The notes under the pieces: model-generated | Databases searched by the model: none | What the model was told of the DNA's origin: nothing | What the model saw: only the letters and a program-made list of their open reading frames with translations | Part shown: positions 55,343 through 64,000 of the stretch, one piece after another | How the letters are laid out: every line of letters starts with the position of its first letter | Position numbering within the stretch: position 1 is the stretch's first letter | Program-made: the position numbers and the translations under genes | Source: Schmidtea nova | Lineage: Eukaryota | NCBI GenBank assembly: GCA_044892505.1 | Contig: CM097882.1 | Coordinates: 26,102,001-26,166,000, forward strand | Length of the DNA stretch: 64,000 nucleotides | Direction of reading: 5' to 3'

Positions 55343-56404
55343 ATGGGAAATATAGAAGTAACCTTACAAGAAGTAACAGTACATCAAGACGAAATGATCA
55401 GAAATCACATGGAGCGGATTGGGATATGGATTCATGCCTATTATCGAAAACAGGAAGAATTGGAAAGACAAACCCAAGCACTAAGAGAAGCCGAGAAAAC
55501 GAATCAAAGAAGTCGAGAAAAAATAGAAGAAGTCTACAAACTACTAAGACAACAAAACGAATACTACAAAGAGATGATGAAAGAGCGACGAGAGGATAGG
55601 GATAGACAACAAATAAAAACAGACCATAAGATTCAGTCAATCACAGAACAAGCAAGATATTGGAAGAAAGAGGCAAAAGACTCTTACAAGGAAGCAAGGG
55701 AGATAATAGAACGAACAGCGTACAGCGATGATTGGAAACTGTTTAAAGAGATCGATGAATTAAAAGAGGAATTAGGGCAAAAGATCAGTCAAGAAGCGTC
55801 AAATAAAGTATGGAGTAAGAAAAGACAACAATTCATCAGAGAACAAGCCAAGAAAATAAAAGAATTAACTTATCAAGTACAAAGAATGGGAGAAGATTTA
55901 GCCAATCAAGAACAATTAAAAGGTATGCTGACCGGAATGTGGAATCACAAGGAAGAAAACATGAAAAGAGACATAAATGGATATCAAGGAGTGATCACCC
56001 AGAAGAAAATAGAATTAAAAAGAACTAAAGAAAGACTGGAAGAAACGAGGCAGAGTTATGAAGAGAACATAACAAATTTGGCAAAAGAAAACGAAGAACT
56101 GAGAAAGAAGTTGGCAGAAAAACCAACACCAATAAAAGAAACAAGTATCACAGCAGCAGTGACCGAAATGATGGAGAAGGAAGAGAGAGAGAAAAAATTG
56201 GCAGAACTAGAAAAACAAATTGAAACCCTAACAGAACAGGCGAACTATCTGGAATACTTATTAGATGAAGAGATCCAGATATCCCACACATACCGAGAAG
56301 AAGTCGAAATGTGGAGGAGCACGGTAATATGGATGCCACTCCCCATAAATCAGGTGGAACCTCAAGACGAAGGTTTTTACGAACCCAACGAAACCCTTGT
56401 ATAA
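55343..56404 (+). CDS. 353-aa coiled-coil orphan
   Basis: Long E/K/Q/R heptad-rich ORF; TAGAAATG start; no recognised domain. Confidence 0.85.
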   Translation: MGNIEVTLQEVTVHQDEMIRNHMERIGIWIHAYYRKQEELERQTQALREAEKTNQRSREKIEEVYKLLRQQNEYYKEMMKERREDRDRQQIKTDHKIQSITEQARYWKKEAKDSYKEAREIIERTAYSDDWKLFKEIDELKEELGQKISQEASNKVWSKKRQQFIREQAKKIKELTYQVQRMGEDLANQEQLKGMLTGMWNHKEENMKRDINGYQGVITQKKIELKRTKERLEETRQSYEENITNLAKENEELRKKLAEKPTPIKETSITAAVTEMMEKEEREKKLAELEKQIETLTEQANYLEYLLDEEIQISHTYREEVEMWRSTVIWMPLPINQVEPQDEGFYEPNETLV

Positions 56405-56479
56405 ACGTGCGAAAACCAAGTGTAAATAAATTATGTAAAATAAAAAGTGTCAAGCTGTATTGACCGATGTATAAAAGAG

Positions 56480-57049
56480 ATGAGAAAGCTCGCAATAGCA
56501 ACACTCCTATGGTTAACAACCATTACCCTACAGAGAGAAGATCTACAACTAACCGAAACCCAATTACGAGTTCTACCCGACAAAATCTACCAGAAAGTAG
56601 ACAGCCTAATCGAAGAAGTAATTAAAGAAATCAACGAATTCCGACAGAAATATCCCTACAATCAAGATCATCAAATCCAACAAATCTTCGATAACCAACA
56701 ACTGAAACTAGAAGAAACCCGAAAAATCCTAAAAGAAGGTAGAGAACCCATAAAAAGCCTATCCCAAGCTGAAATAGAATATCAAGAGAAATGGATCATA
56801 GCAATCATCATAATCCTAGCAGTCAGCACAACTATCATCGCAATCACAATCCTGCTTGCCTCGTATAGAATAAAAATCCTAAAACAAAAGCAGAAAATCT
56901 ACAACCAAACCTCCAGACGAGATAACCGAGCTCAAAGACGAATAAGGAGCCATCTCAACCACATTCAAACCCACTACGAGCTACAAATGATCAACGAGAG
57001 GACCCGAACTCAACCCCAAGCGAGCCAGACGATCGAACAAATTGTATAA
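56480..57049 (+). CDS. 189-aa predicted type I membrane orphan
   Basis: ATG at 56480 in frame with the listed GTG ORF; signal-like MRKLAIATLLWLTTIT; TM WIIAIIIILAVSTTIIAITILLA followed by a basic tail. Confidence 0.78.
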   Translation: MRKLAIATLLWLTTITLQREDLQLTETQLRVLPDKIYQKVDSLIEEVIKEINEFRQKYPYNQDHQIQQIFDNQQLKLEETRKILKEGREPIKSLSQAEIEYQEKWIIAIIIILAVSTTIIAITILLASYRIKILKQKQKIYNQTSRRDNRAQRRIRSHLNHIQTHYELQMINERTRTQPQASQTIEQIV

Positions 57050-57220
57050 ACATTATGATAAACTTACCGAACTATTGTGACAAATCATTACATTTTGACT
57101 ATTTAATGACAAACTTTATGATATGTATAAATTCGATCACCTTATGTGATTTTCTTTGCATGTATAACTTTATAAAACTTTTTATGGATGATGAATATAA
57201 GTATTTATGTATAATTAATT

Positions 57221-57251
57221 GCGGGACGCAATTTTAGGGGTCCCCGGGTGA
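57221..57251 (+). other. Plus-strand primer region (atypical PPT)
   Basis: GCGGGACGCAATTTTAGGGGTCCCCGGGTGA directly before the 3' LTR; Gypsy-like position but not a pure purine run. Confidence 0.55.
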
Positions 57252-58641
57252 TGTTGGGCCCGCCAAATCACCTAAAAACACAATAAAACGAACAAAAGCA
57301 TGAAACAATAAAGAAATAATAAAAATAAAAATAGCAAGAAAAACAAATTAAAAATAACAATAAAACGACAAATAATAATTGATAAATTTTCAGTAAAAGG
57401 AAATTTTGAAAATAAACCGGTAAACAACCGCAAAAGGGGGCCTGAAATAAGAAAAAATATAATTAAATAAAATAATAGTACAAATAATTAATTAATTACT
57501 TGGAAAATCAGGACCACCCAGCGAGAAACCGGAAAAGGAAACAAAATAATGTTTAGATTAGAATAAAATAATAAAAATACTTTGATGGACGGCCTGATCC
57601 TGATTGGTCAATCCAACCAGACGGATCAGTATAAATACCGATCCAAAAATCATAACTCAACAGTTAAGACGTTTTACATTTCACTTACAATCAAGACTAA
57701 ACTTTGATTTAAGTAACATTTCATTTAACGAAGCGAGAATTTTTTGAAAAAACAGAATTCAAGTACGGAACGTAATTTTGATTGTTATTTTTTGTGTACC
57801 CATGATTTTTGTTTGATTAAAATTTTATATGTAAACGTTATTTTATTTTTTCATTGATTATTGACACTTTAATGCATATAGCTATACTTCCTATGCTGCT
57901 CACGCGGCGAGGGAGTCCGAGTCGTCGTCGTGGGGCCTCAGGGTCTCACATGGCGGTTCAACCTTTTTATTATTTAATTTAGATGTGAAGTTTTATCTAG
58001 AAAATTTGATTGAATTTTTAGTCTAATACAGACCATTTGCAAATTATTTAATTTTGGGTTGCACAACGGACGAAGGTCGAGGGCCAAATATGTAGATTGC
58101 GGAGGGCGGATGGATAAGGAGGGACACACCATGGTAGGGCATGCTCAGTCTTTAAATTTTTGGTAAATTGAATCGAAAGGGAACCTCCCGCATGGAAAAC
58201 AGTGAGCAACAACTAAAATAAATTTGAATAATTTCGTTGGAATGAGAAAATCCAACGTAGTCCAAAGTCCGATTTCATTCGGAATCAGCATTTCGCCTAC
58301 AAAATTTTAATATCGATAAATTCCGATCGCGATGGAATGCGTCGGAAAATCCAAATTAAATTAGTTACTAAAAATAGGCCGATCGTCGTATATGACGCGG
58401 TTTCCCAAGTTATTCTCCGATCGCTGTATATAGCGCGGAAATCTTGATTAAATTTGATAATTCCTGAATGCTGCATATAGCACAGGACTAATTATGAACT
58501 CTTTATTCCGACCGTGGTAGATCACGGCGGAGAGAAATAAAATTAATCTTATTTTTTAACGGTTGTGATTATATGCAACATAATTAAATTATCAACGAAT
58601 TCCCCCTTAACTCATATTTATATCCAATAAATGTAATATAG

Positions 58642-59121
58642 ATGTCGACAGCTGAACTTACAAATCAATTAACGCAACTACGGAATATGGAGCAAGGGAA
58701 TCTGCGGAATGAAAATATCTCGCAGCTCAAGGATCTACCAGCATCGATATTGCGAACCCTCAACTGCCAAATGTATAAGTGGCGACAGGGGTTTGGCCGA
58801 AAATGCCCGTTCTCGATATGGACAGGAGGGCACGACCAAATACTCTATCGAGGAGGACCGAACTGGCCGATTTCTCAAAGGCCGTACTCAAACAAATTTG
58901 GCCGACTTGTCGTACTGATCAAGGACACCGATGGACAGACAAGCCGTGTAATTTATTGGGGGCATATCCCTCGTCGGGAACTATGCCAACTAGGCCTACA
59001 CGAATTCCTGCCACGAAAACCGTTCGGCAAGGAGTGCCAGAAAGGACAACCCTCATTCTCTTGGGCTCGTCTCCGTCAGAAACCGATTAACAGCGAATTA
59101 CATAGCCTGTTTCGGAGATAA
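58642..59121 (+). CDS. ORF-L1 copy in 3' LTR
   Basis: Translation identical to 32140-32619. Confidence 0.5.
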   Translation: MSTAELTNQLTQLRNMEQGNLRNENISQLKDLPASILRTLNCQMYKWRQGFGRKCPFSIWTGGHDQILYRGGPNWPISQRPYSNKFGRLVVLIKDTDGQTSRVIYWGHIPRRELCQLGLHEFLPRKPFGKECQKGQPSFSWARLRQKPINSELHSLFRR

Positions 59122-59305
59122 GAACTGATTGTCAAATCTTTCAAATTGTGATTAAATATTAATATTCAGCAGTGTTTTTGTTATGTTGTTTTGAGTTTTG
59201 GTATTGTGTTTTTAATAATTCATATTCGTAACCAAATAACCCTATGATCAGTTTCATTTTTCACATCATTTAATCATAGAGTAAATATCCTAAATAAATT
59301 ATAGA

Positions 59306-59902
59306 ATGAACCCAGATTTGATGCAGAAAGAATTGGAAAAGATGTGGCGGATTCGGAGAGCCCAGGATAAGGAATTGGGTCTCCTCAAGGCACAATTGAT
59401 CAAAGCAGAGGCACAGATTGCATATTTGCGCAAAAGCTGGTTTGCTCCGGCCCGAATGAAGGAGCAAATCAGTAAAACCGAGCGCGCCCAACAGACTGCA
59501 GCCGATTACCAAATGGAATGGGAGGCTACAAAGATAGAACTCCGAAAATGCCTCCATTCCGTAACTGCCTCATACATCGAGAAGGAACTCAGAGAGCAAA
59601 TCCGTCCGATTACGTACCAAGCTTGGACGGCAGAAAAGAAGACAGTAAACTCCATTGGAACGGATGTCCCCGATTTAATTGAAAGTCGGAATGAGACAGC
59701 TCCTCCAGCCAATTCAACCACTTCATCGGCGACTGCGCACCAGAAACGCAAGCGCATTGGGCAGAAACGGCGGAGACAGAGAAAATTATTTGCCCAGCAA
59801 TTACAAATCCAAGTCGATGGTCTACATCAGATGACTGAGGAAGCATTATTGACGGAGATTTTTCCTCCGGCGGGAGTTTTTACCGAACTCATTAAAAATT
59901 AA
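59306..59902 (+). CDS. ORF-L2 copy in 3' LTR
   Basis: Translation identical to 32804-33400. Confidence 0.65.
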   Translation: MNPDLMQKELEKMWRIRRAQDKELGLLKAQLIKAEAQIAYLRKSWFAPARMKEQISKTERAQQTAADYQMEWEATKIELRKCLHSVTASYIEKELREQIRPITYQAWTAEKKTVNSIGTDVPDLIESRNETAPPANSTTSSATAHQKRKRIGQKRRRQRKLFAQQLQIQVDGLHQMTEEALLTEIFPPAGVFTELIKN

Positions 59903-60489
59903 ATAAATTGTTGCATTGGCTTAAGAATCTCATCGTTCATTTAAATTGATTTAATTAACTTTACCAATGATTAAATAAAGATAGAACAAAAGTATAAATT
60001 CAGTTTACAAAATATCGAATAGAGATAATTAAATAATTAAGCGAGCATTCGTTGAAATACTTCTCGCAGACTGAGTAATGATAAAAATAAATTTTCTGAA
60101 AGATTAACACGGAATACCTAAGGGGATGATTAAAGCGTAAGTCCTTCTAACGGCAGCAATGGACCCGTAAACATAAATGGGGAGTAGTACTAGCGATAGT
60201 GCTCACCTGCCCATCATTGTTTAACCACCCTGCGCATCACCAACTTGATTATATAGGGAAATAATCAAGGGCGCTTGAGTGTAAAATTGCAATTTTATGC
60301 ATGATCATGGATGAGGGATCCCTAGTCATTGTTAGAGCATTTTTCATCTAACCCCTCCATGAACCCAGCAAATACAACAAATAATTGAGTCAGTGGCAAA
60401 CAGTTTTTTTAATTTCTCCGGTTCTCTTTCATAATTCTTACCTCGTCTATCCATGTATGTTCTTAGAAACAGTCTTATATCTATAATAT

Positions 60490-61110
60490 TGTTAGGTTGA
60501 GACAACCACTCGGAATAAAATTAAATATAAAAAATTACAGGAATAAAAGAGTAATTAGAAAATAAAAGTAAGAATTCAAAATAACTAAGAGAAAAAGTGA
60601 AATAATAAATTAAAATAGAATTTTGGAAAGGTTAGAAAAATAAATAATCAGAATTCAATAAACCTTTGCCGAATTAGAAATAAATTGAAAAAATAAGAGG
60701 AATTAAAAATATATATAAAATATTTCCAATCGAATTGGAAAAGGAGAAATTAGAACAAAACAGTTGTTGAGAACAAAAACAAATTCATTGGATAAATGGC
60801 TCAAAATTCTGATTGGCTGATCTCCTCCAAAAATTAGAATATAAGTGCTTGCCAATTTCAGTATTCTAACTTACTTTTCTAACAGAAAGACTTGTTTTTA
60901 ACTTTTTAACTTTCAGTACGCTACTTGACTGGAATTTAACATAACAATTTGATCTGTAGAAGATTTGTGTATTTAGAAGAATCTGTACCTGTACTCATAA
61001 TAAAACTTAGACAAGTAATTTATTTTTAGTTTTTATTTATTATAATAATTTTGGGTAACCTCTCGTATATTCTTTTGATGGTAGTTAATTTAAATCTATG
61101 GTTTTAAGAT
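60490..61110 (+). mobile_element. Possible truncated solo LTR
   Basis: Starts TGTTAGG, A-rich U3-like stretch, CTGATTGGCTG box near 60809; no matching 3' end or TSD found. Confidence 0.3.
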
Positions 61111-61176
61111 CTTGAACGGTCTAAACGGTCACCGATTTTCGGTACTTTGATCCGTCGGTTTTCGCGCTGGGATGTG

Positions 61177-61460
61177 AGTAGGAGGAAGTGTGGACGGGGG
61201 AACAAAGACATATGACGTCATCGCGTGTGTGCATCCAATCAAAATCAAGTGACCCCTCAGGGGGGTACTTTTTTTTCGCAACCCCCCCCCCCCCGAATTT
61301 TTTAAAAAAAATTTGTACACACACACAGACGATGAGTCATAAAAAAATTTTTAAGGTCAAATTTTGAGGTCATTTAAAGGACAAGTTAAGGTCAAGGTCA
61401 TACTAAGGTCAATTTTTAAGGTCAAAAATTCAAAAACATAAAAAACTTAAAAATTTTTAA
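61177..61460 (+). mobile_element. Second possible Polinton-like terminus
   Basis: AGTAGGAGGAAGTGTGG start, AACAAAGACAT, TGACGTCATCG, GATGAGTCAT and AAGGTCAA repeats, related to 337-619. Confidence 0.3.
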
Positions 61461-61628
61461 AAAACATAAAAGTTTACAAAATATTTTTTCAAGAACACCA
61501 AGTGAGAATTAATCAACATTTATTAATAAATACACATATATATGACAAAAATGTTATTCCAACTATGCAATTCTTGCGCTTTTTATCTTCCAAATTGGAG
61601 ACATTGATTCTTTTGGATCGATTTTATA

Positions 61629-62007
61629 TCATTGGATGGATATATCAATAAACCAATTTTCATTATCCGTATATTCAACTGATTGAAATGCATCATGAAA
61701 TTCGGTGTTCCTGTTGTTGATGAATATTGTTTCATTGCAAGATAATTTCTTGTTGATTTTCGTCAACACTTTATTGATTGCAACAACATCTTCTTTATAA
61801 ATCTGACCAATTAAGTTGGAATATTGCGAAGTCGACAGCTTTACCGGATTTGGGACCTTGAAAGAGATTTCGTTTACCAAGAAAAACATTTGGTAATCAT
61901 GAAACATCTAAACCGGTCGTAAATCAAATTTGTTTTGAGTTGATTTGTTATCGTTCCTAACTGGTTTCATTTTAATTGGACTAGATTTGCTGAAAAGATT
62001 TTGCATT
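61629..62007 (-). pseudogene. Degraded ORF of unknown origin
   Basis: MQNLFSKSS...RPV*MFHDYQ...: one frame with one internal stop; no family recognised. Confidence 0.3.
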
Positions 62008-62164
62008 TTATATGAAATTATTGTAGGTTTATATCTTTATAATTGGTTTTATTACACTTGTAATGTTTTTAACTTTTGTTGTATTAAACTTTTGTTGCAT
62101 TTTGTTGATTTTATTATTATTATTAATACTAATATTGATATATTTCTTTTTATTACTATTTTCT

Positions 62165-62168
<4 letters not shown>

Positions 62169-62243
<75 letters not shown>
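62169..62243. repeat. (ATT)n microsatellite
   Basis: Pure trinucleotide run. Confidence 0.98.
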
Positions 62244-62244
<1 letters not shown>

Positions 62245-62893
62245 TCATCCAATATGCTGGATTACAGTCATCCACCACAACGACTTGCGTGCTTTATTAA
62301 AACGATAAATACAACCCCATTACAAGTTAAAATCTTCTCAACTGATTGAGTTCATTAATAAATCTTGCTAATAAAAATCGTCAAAATTTACCTATAATAA
62401 ATTTATTAACATATTTAAATTATATAATTTAAATTATATTTAAATTATTACGAAATATATCATACGAAATATAATTCATGAATGATTTAACATATATTTT
62501 AGCGAAAACACACATGTTTATTATTTTATGATGATTTTAGTAAAAATATGACCAGTGTTTATTTGAATACCAGTTAACCAAAAGCTTACTTGTCAGAGTA
62601 AATAAATGCTTTTTCTTTTATATATTTTTAATTAATTACTAACACACATACACATATATAAATTATGGTACGATCTGTAGTTGTATAACCTTCAGTTGTA
62701 TAATATGTATTGAAATATCTTTGTTGTACATGCATATGAATTGCAATAATGTAGCAATACAAGTGCTAACAAGATGCAATACAAGTGCAATCAAGTTGCA
62801 ATATTTGTTCAATCAAATTGTAATACATGAGTAATACACACAAATCTTGTATAAATTTGTATAAATACTTGAAAATTAATGATTATTTATAAA

Positions 62894-63469
62894 ATGAAAC
62901 AAGAAATATTTATAATAAATTTGATTGATGGTCTCTTATGAAAACAAAAAGATGATGATGAAATCATATCAAGTTTACAAATTCTAGTGTCTGATGCCGA
63001 GAAAATATATCAATCCAATCCAATCAACTATTCATGGATTTTGAATCAAAAATCGGCTACAAGCAAGAAACATGCATTCAAAAGCGAGTTTTACTCATTA
63101 TTTGAGCCTGAAATGAAATGGTCACATGTCATTGTGGCGTTCATATATATAAAACAAATAATTGAAAATTCGGGTTCAAATTATGAAAATTATTTTCAAT
63201 GGTCAGTACAGGTATATTATTTTTATTTAATTATATTATTAATATTATTTTAGATTGTCCAGAGTGAAATATGCCCCTGGGTTCAAGAAAATGGACAATG
63301 GGAAAAACTAATAGAATTGGCTGAAAATAGTAGAACTATTAGGAAAACCAAAGAAAAATTGAAAAATTTATTGAAGATAACAATTGGATTCTGTAGCATT
63401 TATGCTATTGTAAATTTATTTGATATAAATAAATTTAAAATTGTAAATTTATTTGATAAATTTGTTTGA
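62894..63469 (+). pseudogene. Two-exon Bcl-2-family gene with a premature stop
   Basis: ATG 62894; TGA at codon 16 (62939); BH3-like IISSLQILVSDAE; BH1-like LFEPEMKWSHVIVAF; 42-nt GT-AG intron 63212-63253; BH2-like EICPWVQENGQWEKL; hydrophobic tail ITIGFCSIYAIVNLF. Confidence 0.75.
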
Positions 63470-64000
63470 TATTATTATTTTTACTGATAATTTAAAGATT
63501 TTAAAAGATTTTATTGTAAAACTAGGTAAATATATGGTACTTTAGTTAGGTCACGAGTGTAAAATTTAATAATTTTACATTCTTGTCTATGTAAAATTAT
63601 ATAGTATTTATGTAAATAAAATCGATTTTTAACACAATAATACTGTAAATATTAGGTGATTAATCAAAATAATGACAAGAGTTATAAAAATCAATAAAAG
63701 TTTGCTATATTGATGGGTTTATTTTAAAACAAAGTAGATAAATTCGGGTTAAAAAGTAATGATGTGTAAAATGACCTGTGTATGTGTGATTGATTCATGT
63801 ATGTTACGCATATGTTACGCAAGTGTTATGCACTTGTATTGCACTTGAAACGTATTTGTATTGAATGTGTATAGATATGTCATATATTGTGATTATATTG
63901 AGCTTAAATTGAACGAAATATTTTTTCAAAAGTAAATAATACAAAATACTAAAAATCAAACAAAAAAACAAATTAAACATTTATTATTTATCAAAAGTTT

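Larger units (their letters stand above)
30750..60370 (+). mobile_element. Giant intact Ty3/Gypsy (Metaviridae-like) LTR retrotransposon / endogenous virus, 29,621 bp
   Basis: Two 3119-bp LTRs at constant offset 26502, TG..CA ends, TSD AATA (30746-30749 / 60371-60374), PBS, PR-RT-RH-IN order with Gypsy-type motifs, uninterrupted polyprotein. Confidence 0.98.
57252..60370 (+). repeat. 3' LTR
   Basis: Copy of 30750-33868, followed by the AATA TSD. Confidence 0.98.

Noticed and set aside
36256-56519. Dozens of minus-strand ORFs rich in F/L/S/I
   Set aside because: Shadow ORFs of the strongly A-rich coding strand; no motifs.
61945-62349. Poly-Ile ORFs on both strands
   Set aside because: Caused by the (ATT)n microsatellite.
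1-64000. rRNA, tRNA or snRNA genes
   Set aside because: None recognised; the only tRNA-related sequence is the PBS.

Overview
AT-rich eukaryotic (animal, plausibly planarian-like; host not provable from sequence) repeat-dense DNA with one 199-N gap. The first 30 kb is transposon debris: an inverted duplication, a decayed hAT transposase inserted in a 120-bp satellite, mariner and pogo fossils, several MITEs and four solo LTRs. The dominant feature is an intact 29.6-kb Ty3/Gypsy LTR element (30750-60370; 3119-bp near-identical LTRs, AATA TSD, tRNA-Pro-like PBS). It encodes one uninterrupted ~5,650-aa polyprotein ordered Gag(3xCCHC) - three ubiquitin-like domains - Bcl-2-like domain - signal peptide + chuvirus/gB-type (class III) fusion glycoprotein + TM - protease - RT - RNase H - integrase - ankyrin repeats - two FN3-like membrane modules. 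It also carries separate ORFs for an IAP-type RING protein, a full TRAF, three orphans and two LTR-encoded proteins; each of these starts 0-3 nt after an AG. An Env placed in-frame between Gag and Pol, together with an apoptosis/TNF-signalling cargo, is the main candidate novel system. A two-exon Bcl-2-family gene with a premature stop lies 2.5 kb downstream. All domain calls are by eye from motifs; no searches were run.
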